Assembly: GCA_947503525.1 (NCBI GenBank)
Contig: CANNEA010000011.1
Coordinates: forward strand, 110,547-142,546
Source: an uncultured Carboxylicivirga sp.
GTDB taxonomy: Bacteria; Bacteroidota; Bacteroidia; Bacteroidales; Marinilabiliaceae
Direction: 5' to 3'
Length of the DNA: 32,000 nucleotides
The notes beneath the pieces were generated by a model. It was not told where the DNA came from. It did no database searches and was given only the letters and a program-made list of their open reading frames with translations. Numbering within the stretch: the stretch's first letter is position 1; each line of letters opens with the position of its first letter. The translations under genes were made by a program, and so were the position numbers. This document shows positions 9,141 through 20,705 of the stretch, one piece after another.

Positions 9141-9168
9141 TAAGCCCGGTTTGTTTTGGCCGGGCTTA
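9141..9168 (+). terminator. GC-rich hairpin after the nitroreductase gene (possible terminator, no T-tract)
   Basis: 9-bp stem taagcccgg/ccgggctta (9141-9149 / 9160-9168) with a 10-nt loop, starting 6 nt after the stop codon. The following sequence, actatac, lacks a U-run. Confidence 0.45.
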
Positions 9169-9240
9169 ACTATACAAGAAGATTTGCCAACCAAATGGCT
9201 TTAGCATTGTTAGATAATAACAAAACCAAAACTTTGTCAT

Positions 9241-9954
9241 ATGAGAACTTTTATCGCGATTAGTATTCTACTTTTTCTTTTTGCAGGAAGTAATGCCCAA
9301 ATACAGGAAAATGATTCAATGCGTGTTTCTGGAATTGTGTTAGATCGTGATAGCCTTACAGCGCTTCCATTTTCTCAGTTCGACATTCACTCATCAAAAT
9401 ATTCATCAAACGAGGAAGGTCAATTCTCATTTTGGGCACATCAGGGCGAAGTAATTAAGTTTACACATCTTGGATTTAAAGACACTTACATTCAGATCAA
9501 CGACAGTTTAAATCATTCCAACTATATGCTGGGTGTATTTCTAACACGTGACACCTTTGAGATCAGTGAAGTTATTGTGCTACCTCGCTATGAGAATTTA
9601 GCCGCGAAAGCACGTAACATGCCTTTGCTTATTACACCCGACCAAGCCTATGCTAATAATAATGTAATGGCTTCTACCAATCAGGCTTTGACTCAAGCAC
9701 CATTAAAGATGGACAAAGAGATGAATCAAAACATGGTTTTGAGGGAACAACGTTGGGGTACAGTTTATAAAACTCAAATTCCGCCAGACCGAACAATTGG
9801 CATCTCGTCAGAAAATCTAGGTTCGATGAGTTTATTTGTTACTCCAGATAAGGAAAAAGTAAAAAAGGCCGTTGCTCAACCATTAAATCAACATGAATTA
9901 GATTTAATTATTCGCATATACGAAAAGAAAGTAAAAGCTTTGCTCGAAGAATAA
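9241..9954 (+). CDS. Secreted protein of unknown function with a carboxypeptidase-regulatory-like N-terminal beta-sandwich
   Basis: 237 aa with signal peptide MRTFIAISILLFLFAGSNAQ. The segment VSGIVLDRDSLTALPFSQFDI...EGQFSF...GEVIKFTHLGFKD resembles CarboxypepD_reg-like domains. I do not recognise the C-terminal half. Confidence 0.6.
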   Translation: MRTFIAISILLFLFAGSNAQIQENDSMRVSGIVLDRDSLTALPFSQFDIHSSKYSSNEEGQFSFWAHQGEVIKFTHLGFKDTYIQINDSLNHSNYMLGVFLTRDTFEISEVIVLPRYENLAAKARNMPLLITPDQAYANNNVMASTNQALTQAPLKMDKEMNQNMVLREQRWGTVYKTQIPPDRTIGISSENLGSMSLFVTPDKEKVKKAVAQPLNQHELDLIIRIYEKKVKALLEE

Positions 9955-10036
9955 AAAGCGAATAATTATCATCTACTAATACATAATAAAAATGCATTTT
10001 TGCATTTCAAACTTGCTATAGCATAAATTTAAATAC

Positions 10037-10654
10037 ATGGAATTTACTTTGAATGGAAAAAGTGGTTACACAAAAGTAGAATCTTACGATGAAAAAACTA
10101 CTGAAGATCTTTCATCAAATTATAAAAGCATACTAGAATTACTTGGTGAAGACTCAACTCGTGAAGGTCTTGAAAAAACACCTCTAAGAGTAGCCAAAGC
10201 CATGCAATTTCTTACTCAAGGATACCATATGAATCCTGAAGAAATAATAAAGTCAGCCATGTTTCAGGAAGACTATCAGCAAATGGTAGTGGTAAAGGAT
10301 ATCGAAATTTATTCGATGTGCGAGCATCACATGTTGCCATTTTTCGGGAAGGCCCATGTGGCTTATATTCCTCGTCATCATATCACGGGTTTGAGTAAAT
10401 TGGCTCGTGTAGCTGAGGCTTTTGCCCGACGATTACAAGTACAGGAACGATTGACAACTCAAATCAAAGACTGTATACAAAACACTTTAAATCCACTAGG
10501 TGTAGCGGTAGTCATAGAGGCACAACATATGTGTATGCAAATGCGAGGGGTACAAAAGCAGCATTCGATAACCACAACCTCTGACTTTACTGGTGCTTTC
10601 CAAAAAAACAATGCCACCAGAGTTGAGTTCTTTAATATTATTAATGCTAAATAA
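10037..10654 (+). CDS. folE: GTP cyclohydrolase I (type 1, FolE)
   Basis: 205 aa containing the diagnostic [33 protein letters not shown] and QERLT motifs. Confidence 0.95.
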   Translation: MEFTLNGKSGYTKVESYDEKTTEDLSSNYKSILELLGEDSTREGLEKTPLRVAKAMQFLTQGYHMNPEEIIKSAMFQEDYQQMVVVKDIEIYSMCEHHMLPFFGKAHVAYIPRHHITGLSKLARVAEAFARRLQVQERLTTQIKDCIQNTLNPLGVAVVIEAQHMCMQMRGVQKQHSITTTSDFTGAFQKNNATRVEFFNIINAK

Positions 10655-10662
10655 AAAACATA

Positions 10663-10695
10663 AGCCATTGGTAAAGCTACCAATGGCTATTTTTT
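10663..10695. terminator. Bidirectional rho-independent terminator between folE and the DUF4249-like gene
   Basis: 11-bp stem agccattggta/taccaatggct (10663-10673 / 10678-10688) with loop aagc. It is flanked by aaaaaa upstream and tttttt downstream. Confidence 0.8.
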
Positions 10696-11566
10696 ATCTA
10701 AGGTCGGAACTAAACTCAACTGAATCGATTGAATAACTATAGGCTTGAAAAAATCCTAAGGCACCGTTACTAACATTTCCGGGTAAATTAGCCGGTGGTC
10801 CACTAAATAGTGGAGCTTTAAATCCTGTTTCTTCATCTACTGCTTCCAGGTACTTGTAAAATTCTTCTGTGATACCACCCATGCTTAATCTCACCCAATC
10901 CCCATCCTTTAACTCAATACCTTCCTCCTCTTCATCTATGGTTTGAACCCAAACACCCGCGGCATAATTACCATCGAAAAAACGATCATCTACAAATCCC
11001 AGCTTTGAATATCTATCAGAAATCAAGCTATCATTTAAAGCAACGGCAAAATTGTAGAAATCTTTTGTTTCTGCCGGATCCTGAGCATATAACAATACCT
11101 TCCACAAGTTCCATACGCTATGGTACTCTAGTCGTACCGAATCAATCGGAGCAACCGGATTAAGATCAGTGATGGCCTGGTAAAGTTCATCCTGTCCATT
11201 ATTATCTACATCAACTCCCTCTATATTTAATTCGTAGGTCCTGCCCGGTAATCCATAATAATTATCCGGAGTAAAATAAAATCCCGGATATTCCGGATTC
11301 TCATTTAACACAATGGTTTGCACATCATCTTTGATGGTAACAAGAGCTCCTTTAACGGCTATTGCTTCCTGACTGTCAAAGTAACTTCCGGAAAGCGTTA
11401 ATCGCACAAAATGCGTTGTTGTATCCGTAGAAATCCGGCCGTCAACCACCAAACGCGGATCCGTATCACTTAATGTCAGATCCATATCCTCCGTACAAGA
11501 TGAAAAGGACAGCACCACCAGAAAAATAGCACAGATTGAATGAATTATATATTTAATTGTTTTCAT
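10694..11566 (-). CDS. DUF4249-like outer-membrane lipoprotein, partner of the upstream TonB-dependent receptor
   Basis: 290 aa with lipoprotein signal LSFSSC-TED. The gene starts 3 nt after the receptor stop codon. Size, position and composition match the DUF4249 proteins that follow CarboxypepD_reg-type TonB receptors in Bacteroidota. The family call is from memory, not a search. Confidence 0.6.
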   Translation of the reverse strand: MKTIKYIIHSICAIFLVVLSFSSCTEDMDLTLSDTDPRLVVDGRISTDTTTHFVRLTLSGSYFDSQEAIAVKGALVTIKDDVQTIVLNENPEYPGFYFTPDNYYGLPGRTYELNIEGVDVDNNGQDELYQAITDLNPVAPIDSVRLEYHSVWNLWKVLLYAQDPAETKDFYNFAVALNDSLISDRYSKLGFVDDRFFDGNYAAGVWVQTIDEEEEGIELKDGDWVRLSMGGITEEFYKYLEAVDEETGFKAPLFSGPPANLPGNVSNGALGFFQAYSYSIDSVEFSSDLR

Positions 11567-11569
11567 GAC

Positions 11570-13924
11570 TTAGAATTTAAAGTTGTAGGTTACGGATGGA
11601 ATAAATGAGAATAAATATGTTTTCTCAGCTTTTGTTATTGACGGATTATCTTCGTCGCGTACAAAATTGATAGCCCATGCATTTTTTCGACCATAGGCAT
11701 TATAAACGGAGAAAACCCATTCTCCATGCCATTTTTTATTTTCTTTCTTCTTTCCTCTTAATATAAAGGACAAATCAAGGCGATGGTAGTTTGGCATCCG
11801 TTCGGCATTACGTTTTGAATATAATGGAATTATATCGCCACCAACCTCGTATCTTCCTACGGGAAAGGTAACCGGAGAACCGGTATAATACACCCAATTT
11901 GCAGACAAACTTGTTCGTTCACCTAGTTTTCTGTTTAAAACAATACTGCAATCATGTGTATGATCATATGGCGATAAATAACTCTCACCATTATTTATTT
12001 CAGGTATGGTTCGCTCAACCCTGGATAAAGTATAACTAACCCACCCATTCCATTTCGGTCGATTAAAACGGACCATCATTTCCAATCCATACGCTTTGGC
12101 ACTACCAAATCGCAATTCGCCTTCCAAATATTCATTGAGTAATAAATCGGGATGATCTTTAAAATCAATGGTATTATACATGTTTTTATAAAAACCTTCT
12201 AGCGATGTCTCAATACTATTATTGTTAAAATTACGGAATAGCCCCAAAGCAAATTGATCTGATTTCTGTGGTTTTACATTTGGTGAAGATGGAAACCAAA
12301 TATCTAAGGGCGTTCCAGAAGTTGAATTAGATGCCAGATGTAAATATTGAAACGCTCGATTATAACTTGCCTTTATCGATGTTGATGGATTTAAAATAAA
12401 GGTAGCCCCAAATCGAGGCTCTAGTCCCCAGTAGGTATTATACACCTCACCCGTACCATAAGTTTTTTTCTCAGTAAAGTCATAATCGTCATCATAATAG
12501 TATTGAACACCTGCTCCAATATTCTGGAATAATGAGAAACGTAGTCCATACCTTAAGACCAGCCAATCTGAAATTTTTTGAGTATTCTGAGCATAAACAG
12601 CATGTTCAAGTGATCTGTTTTGAGGAACTCTAATTTCATTATATAATGAATTCTCATCCTTGCCCCTTGCCACACCTGGCAGTATTTCTCTGAAGATACT
12701 TTGCAAGCCAAACTCAATTGTATTGTTTGGATTTAAATAAAAATCAAAATCCAGCTTTGCATTTATATCATATAAGTTTGATTTCCATTCGAAGGAATTG
12801 GCTCCTCCTTCTGTTGTACCCAAACTGTAGTCATATTTTGATCCTATTAGGGTTAAATTAGAAAACAGCTTCGGAGAATAAATATGATTCCATCGAAAGG
12901 TTAGGGTTCGGTTACCAAAATTCATTTCTGAAAAATTGTCCTTAAACACATCCCGACCGAAATATCCACTCAAATAAACGCGATTATTATCATTTATTGT
13001 ATGATTAATCTTGGCATTAAAATCATAGAAATAAAGTTTATTGTCCCTTACTTCTTTATCTTTTGCAAATGGTAAAAATAAATCCAGATAGGTTCGTCGT
13101 CCACTGACAATAAACGAGGTTTTTTCATTTGCAATTGGTCCCTCTAATGTTAAGCGGGATGAAATAAGTCCGATACCTCCGGTACCTGAAAACTTTTTAG
13201 AATTACCATCCTTCATTCGAATGTCCAACAATGAAGCTAACCGTCCGCCATTACTAGCGGGTATATCACCTTTATAAAGCTTGACATCTTTTACGGCATC
13301 GTTATTAAAAACCGAGAAAAATCCAAGTAGATGTCCGGCATTATATACATTAGCTTCGTCCAATAAAATAAGGTTCTGGTCAGGGTTACCACCTCGAACA
13401 CTAAAGCCGCTTGATCCTTCACTTGTTGGAGATACACCCGGCAAAAGTTGTATCACTTTAACAAGATCCGTCTCTCCCATTAATACCGGAACATTTTTAA
13501 TGGTATTACCCTTCAGTTTTTCTACACCCATTTGAGGCGCCCGAACATTGGCGTCCTTTCGCTCTGAGGTTACAATGATTTCATCAATTGATTCTGCTGA
13601 GGGCTTTAACTCAACATTTATGACTTGATTATCCGTAAGGTTAACTTCCTTCTTATAAGTCTCATAACCCAGATAGGCAAACACAAGATGGTATTTGCCA
13701 GCCGGTAATGACATTGAGTAAAAACCATACAAATTGGAGATGGTTCCATTTTTAGTTTCTTCTACATACATAGTGGCGCCAATCAGTACTTCTCCTGTTT
13801 TGGCATCCTTAATGCTTCCACTTATCGACAGTAGATCTTTAGCTAAAGGATCGTCTTCTGCTCGAATACTTCCTCCCAAAGGAATCAGCATACATAAAAT
13901 TAAGATTAGGGTTCGATTAATCAT
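11570..13924 (-). CDS. TonB-dependent receptor (CarboxypepD_reg-like N-domain, plug, beta-barrel)
   Basis: 784 aa with a signal peptide. A carboxypeptidase-regulatory-like segment (ISGSIKDAKTGEVLIGATMYV...YLGYETY) precedes a plug region (GETDLVKVIQLLPGV, FSVRGG, NLILLDEANVYN). The C-terminus ends in the aromatic barrel motif TYNFKF. Confidence 0.9.
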   Translation of the reverse strand: MINRTLILILCMLIPLGGSIRAEDDPLAKDLLSISGSIKDAKTGEVLIGATMYVEETKNGTISNLYGFYSMSLPAGKYHLVFAYLGYETYKKEVNLTDNQVINVELKPSAESIDEIIVTSERKDANVRAPQMGVEKLKGNTIKNVPVLMGETDLVKVIQLLPGVSPTSEGSSGFSVRGGNPDQNLILLDEANVYNAGHLLGFFSVFNNDAVKDVKLYKGDIPASNGGRLASLLDIRMKDGNSKKFSGTGGIGLISSRLTLEGPIANEKTSFIVSGRRTYLDLFLPFAKDKEVRDNKLYFYDFNAKINHTINDNNRVYLSGYFGRDVFKDNFSEMNFGNRTLTFRWNHIYSPKLFSNLTLIGSKYDYSLGTTEGGANSFEWKSNLYDINAKLDFDFYLNPNNTIEFGLQSIFREILPGVARGKDENSLYNEIRVPQNRSLEHAVYAQNTQKISDWLVLRYGLRFSLFQNIGAGVQYYYDDDYDFTEKKTYGTGEVYNTYWGLEPRFGATFILNPSTSIKASYNRAFQYLHLASNSTSGTPLDIWFPSSPNVKPQKSDQFALGLFRNFNNNSIETSLEGFYKNMYNTIDFKDHPDLLLNEYLEGELRFGSAKAYGLEMMVRFNRPKWNGWVSYTLSRVERTIPEINNGESYLSPYDHTHDCSIVLNRKLGERTSLSANWVYYTGSPVTFPVGRYEVGGDIIPLYSKRNAERMPNYHRLDLSFILRGKKKENKKWHGEWVFSVYNAYGRKNAWAINFVRDEDNPSITKAEKTYLFSFIPSVTYNFKF

Positions 13925-14060
13925 GGTTTGGTTGCTAATAATTGTGTTGTGTTATTACTTATCAATTATCAAAGTCACTACAAAATATGGAAGGTTGCAT
14001 CAAAATCAAAAATAATTAGCAAAGCCATGTTTATTAGGATATACAATGAGCCTTCTTTAA

Positions 14061-14099
14061 AGAAAAAAAGCCATATCTAATCGTTATTAGATATGGCTT
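14061..14099 (-). terminator. Rho-independent terminator ending the GH2/GH63-like transcription unit
   Basis: 14-bp stem aagccatatctaat/attagatatggctt (14068-14081 / 14086-14099) with loop cgtt. On the minus strand it is followed by a 7-T run (plus-strand a-run ending at 14069). It lies 48 nt after the stop codon at 14147. Confidence 0.8.
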
Positions 14100-14146
14100 T
14101 CAACTGAAATTGTTTTATGACTATGTAATAAAAAAATATTTAAAAG

Positions 14147-16324
14147 TTATTCTTCCACTTTAAAGACATCCTTAAATTCTTCTAACAACATAAGCGTATG
14201 AGCCGATGACCAACTAAAATTATAACAGCTCAAACCCTCTCCACTAAGCGGATGGTAATTTTCACGAATGGGCTGTCCTTTTACGCTTAAGCCATCGGCA
14301 TTCTTTACTATTTTTTGAGCCAGAATTCCGGCTTCGTTTCTATAGCCATAATTAAGCATGCCTTTTAATCCAAACCATGCCGGGCTCATCCATACCGGCC
14401 CCCTCCAATAACCTTTTGGATCAAAGCGGGGATTATTCTTAGCTGCGGTTGGAAAAGGCACTTTTGTATTAAACTGTTCTTCATCTAATAGGTTTTCTAT
14501 TACCCTCGAGGCCTGATCATTTGTAGCAACATTAGCCCATAAAGGTATCCATCCTTCTGGTCCTTTACCTCTTTCCACAAGCAATTCTTTGCTATTGATA
14601 TCCACGTCATAGAAAAAACCAGATTCCTCATCAAACATTGTGTTCTGAATAAAGTGCCTTACTTTTTCTGCTTCGTTGATATACTTTCTCGCTAAATTCT
14701 TCCTGCCTAATAAAGAAGCCATCAGGGATAAATAATTCTTTTCAGCAACTAAAAATGCATTCAAATCAGCACTTTCCTGATTCATACTATATCCAACGAC
14801 TCGCCCATTATAAGAATTCTCTAACATTTCAACTCCCCAGTCCTCATCAAAACGAATAAAATTATCACCACCACCTTCCCAGGCTGCAGCTTCAATTCTA
14901 TGGTCTATGCGCTTTCCATTTTTTGTTGTCACAATATTATAAGGATGAATAGTGCTTCCATATTCACAAATGCCGTTCTGATCATGATCACGATTTCGAT
15001 ACCACCAGTTATGATACCTAAGCAAAGCAGGAAACATCTCAGCAACAAAGGCAGTATCCCCGGAGGATTCAAACACTTTCCATACCGCCCAGGATGACAA
15101 TGGAGGTTTTGAATTTCGTTCATTCCAATTGCCGGAACCCTGATGGTCATCGTAATAAAAAATACAATCCAATATCATTCCTTCATCCCATGGACGATCC
15201 AAATCCGTTGAACTAACCTGATAATCAAACATGCTACGGATATTGTTTTTTGCCACTTCAGGCAGATAAGGAGCCAGGCCCACACTATGCTTCCATGAAT
15301 CCCATGCCCATACACCATTGAACCATTTGTAAAAAGTGCTTGGAACGACTCCCTCACTTATAATTTGACCAGCCGGTGATCTACGGTTTGAATTAAGTGT
15401 AATTAAAGCCTTCATAGCGGTCTGGTGTACTTCTCTATTATTAGCTACTCGTTCTTCAATCTTCTTATTCAAGCTCCACCAATTCTTTTTATTATCCTCT
15501 GCAATTGCACTATGATTTTTCAGAACCTCATCCTCCATAAGATCATATTTAATCGCTTCTTCTTTCGTAAAAGTATAAGTATGAGCAGAAGCCAGCTCAA
15601 ACAATTCCGATGGCTGAAGAAGAATATCCATTGGATAAATTAACTCGAAGGAGCTTCTTCTTATTTTCACATCCAGTGGGACATTGAATTTAATTGAGAA
15701 GCTATTAGTCTCAGATGTTAAATAACTCCACTTTTCTTTTATTCCATTAAAACGGACTTTTATTCCATTATCCGATTCTTCCAACCATAAATCATCTTTA
15801 TAAGGCAATAGTTCTCCTTTCCATTTTAAGCGAATGGTTTTATTCTGTGTTGAACTATTTTTTAAAGCATAGCTAATAAGTGCAGTTCGTTCATTGGCAA
15901 AACTCAATTCCATTTTAAGCTTAATTCCTTCTGCCTGTAGAGTTTGCTCGAGTCGACCCGGATAATAATTCCCCTTTAATTCCTTTGACCAAGAGGCAAC
16001 TTCCCAACGGTCTCCTTCTTTTATTTGCATCTCCAATTGAGATAAGGTCTTCGCCAAATACACCGGATACTCACCCGCTATGATATATGGCCCGGTAAAG
16101 CCTCCCATGAGTTCATCAGAATCCGGCAGAAAATAGCCATGCCAGGCCCCTTTATCCGAAAACCCCGTATGGAAATGAGTTCCTTCCGGCATTGGCTTTT
16201 GGGGATCAAATTCCACTTCAAGTAAATTGGCCATATCCTCAGTGAAGCTTTTCTCCTGCTTATTTTCAGTTGCACAAGCCAGAATCAAAAAAGGTAAAAT
16301 GGCGTAAATATATAATCTGTTCAT
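14147..16324 (-). CDS. Lipoprotein glycoside hydrolase with an (alpha/alpha)6-barrel, GH63/YgjK/MGH1-like
   Basis: 725 aa with lipobox LILAC. The layout is an N-terminal beta-sandwich region followed by a C-terminal barrel. Motifs FNGVWAWDSWKH, GRxxxPPxSxWA-like NSKPPLSSWAVW, and GPVWMSPAWF...ENYHPLSGEG recall GH63/trehalase-like clan GH-G enzymes. The exact family and substrate are uncertain. Confidence 0.6.
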   Translation of the reverse strand: MNRLYIYAILPFLILACATENKQEKSFTEDMANLLEVEFDPQKPMPEGTHFHTGFSDKGAWHGYFLPDSDELMGGFTGPYIIAGEYPVYLAKTLSQLEMQIKEGDRWEVASWSKELKGNYYPGRLEQTLQAEGIKLKMELSFANERTALISYALKNSSTQNKTIRLKWKGELLPYKDDLWLEESDNGIKVRFNGIKEKWSYLTSETNSFSIKFNVPLDVKIRRSSFELIYPMDILLQPSELFELASAHTYTFTKEEAIKYDLMEDEVLKNHSAIAEDNKKNWWSLNKKIEERVANNREVHQTAMKALITLNSNRRSPAGQIISEGVVPSTFYKWFNGVWAWDSWKHSVGLAPYLPEVAKNNIRSMFDYQVSSTDLDRPWDEGMILDCIFYYDDHQGSGNWNERNSKPPLSSWAVWKVFESSGDTAFVAEMFPALLRYHNWWYRNRDHDQNGICEYGSTIHPYNIVTTKNGKRIDHRIEAAAWEGGGDNFIRFDEDWGVEMLENSYNGRVVGYSMNQESADLNAFLVAEKNYLSLMASLLGRKNLARKYINEAEKVRHFIQNTMFDEESGFFYDVDINSKELLVERGKGPEGWIPLWANVATNDQASRVIENLLDEEQFNTKVPFPTAAKNNPRFDPKGYWRGPVWMSPAWFGLKGMLNYGYRNEAGILAQKIVKNADGLSVKGQPIRENYHPLSGEGLSCYNFSWSSAHTLMLLEEFKDVFKVEE

Positions 16325-16364
16325 GTTGTAAATAATCTATGATGACAGGAATAGTGCGACTCAT

Positions 16365-19490
<3,126 letters not shown>

Positions 19491-19542
19491 TTAAAAATTT
19501 ACTGCAACTATAGCCCCTTGGATAGGACCAAAAATTAATGCT

Positions 19543-19556
19543 TTGAGAATTCTCAA
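19543..19556. promoter_or_regulatory. Perfect 14-bp palindrome TTGAGAATTCTCAA upstream of the GH2 gene (candidate operator)
   Basis: Read directly from the sequence. It lies 56-69 nt upstream of the GH2 start codon (19487) in the 191-bp LysO-GH2 spacer. No cognate regulator is identifiable. Confidence 0.3.
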
Positions 19557-19678
19557 TTAAAAAAATGACTGTATTTTACCTATTTGGAATACTTAGTGCA
19601 TCCACTACCTTCTTTATAAAGTTATTAATAAATAGGTACTGTGGTTAATTCACAGATCTGATTCTTGCTATGCTCAAC

Positions 19679-20281
19679 TTAAAACTCCAAAATAAGCGTA
19701 ACAAGTATTGGTACTAAAATGGTTAGGATAATACCACTAAAAATAGCAATGATACCATACTCTTTGCCGGTAAATTTCACAATCACGGGTAGGGTTGTAT
19801 CCATTGCAGTTGCACCTCCGGATGCTATGCCTGATAGTTTACCGAAATAACGAACCAGAAAGGGTACAGACAATAAGGTTATTATCTCGCGGAAGATGTT
19901 GGAGAGTAAAGCCACCACACCTAATTCCTGGCCACTTATTTCACTAATGAAAATACTGGACAAAGAATAATATCCAAATCCCGCACCAACAGCCATTGCT
20001 TCCCGAACTCCTATATCGTGTAATAAAAATGAAATCAAGGCTGTACCGGATAAGCTTCCTACAACCACTAATGATGGAACGAGTAATATTTTTAGATTCA
20101 TTTTTCTGATGACAGAAAATGCACCTTTATCGCTACCAATACTAACACCAACCAAAAACATTAATACGAATAAGGCATAAGTGGTTAAATCTTCATTTAA
20201 TAACCACTCCGGGAATAGACTAAAAATTCCGCCGATTAATCCAAGAGCAAAAAAAGATAATATGATGAGACTCCCTTTCAT
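19679..20281 (-). CDS. LysO/YbjE (DUF340) family membrane protein, large component
   Basis: 200-aa polytopic membrane ORF. The motifs GFGYYSLSSIFI and SGGATAMDTTLPVI resemble the YbjE/LysO family. It forms the usual Bacteroidota split pair with the ~100-aa ORF upstream. Confidence 0.7.
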   Translation of the reverse strand: MKGSLIILSFFALGLIGGIFSLFPEWLLNEDLTTYALFVLMFLVGVSIGSDKGAFSVIRKMNLKILLVPSLVVVGSLSGTALISFLLHDIGVREAMAVGAGFGYYSLSSIFISEISGQELGVVALLSNIFREIITLLSVPFLVRYFGKLSGIASGGATAMDTTLPVIVKFTGKEYGIIAIFSGIILTILVPILVTLILEF

Positions 20282-20311
20282 GGGCTTACTAATTTCTTTA
20301 ATAAATACTGA

Positions 20312-20611
20312 TTAGTTCTTTGAAACGCCTTCTTCATTGCCTTTGAAGAAAATAATGTAAACTATTTTTGCAAGTATGATACTCCCCCCTACTGCACCAA
20401 TAGTTAGCCAGAATGCTTTGTAACCAATTCTCGAAAAATTACCTATAATTTCCTCATTTATTCCTACAGATATGCCAAGCAAAAAAAGTAGCAAATATAC
20501 TGACCAGGTAAGGGCTAAGTCCACATTTCTCCTGGCTTTATCTTTTTCTCTAAGAAGTCTGCCAAGCAATATGCCAACAGCGAATAATGTAATTACAATG
20601 TATGGTGTCAT
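20312..20611 (-). CDS. LysO/DUF340 family membrane protein, small component
   Basis: 99 aa with 3 predicted TM segments, 30 nt upstream of the large DUF340 ORF on the same strand. Confidence 0.6.
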   Translation of the reverse strand: MTPYIVITLFAVGILLGRLLREKDKARRNVDLALTWSVYLLLFLLGISVGINEEIIGNFSRIGYKAFWLTIGAVGGSIILAKIVYIIFFKGNEEGVSKN

Positions 20612-20622
20612 TCCTTATTTTT

Positions 20623-20652
20623 CAAAAAACGAACCCGCCCAAAGACGGGTTC
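20623..20652 (-). terminator. Rho-independent terminator after susD, ending 12 nt before the LysO-small start codon
   Basis: The minus strand reads gaacccg-tctttggg-cgggttc followed by gtttttt. The 7-bp GC-rich stem is 20631-20637 / 20646-20652 and the U-tract is 20624-20629. Confidence 0.8.
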
Positions 20653-20705
20653 ATTGTTATTATGAGTTAAAACAAAAATACTATTTCTGTTCTTATTCTG
20701 ATGAC

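Noticed and set aside
9955-10036. Possible folate, THF or preQ1-type riboswitch upstream of folE
   Set aside because: Only 82 nt are available. The single hairpin (aaatgca/tgcattt, 9990-10007) sits right after the preceding gene's stop codon. It reads better as that gene's weak terminator, and I see no riboswitch consensus.
20612-20705. Lysine riboswitch upstream of the LysO-family genes
   Set aside because: The 94-nt spacer is about half the length of a lysine riboswitch and contains only one simple hairpin.
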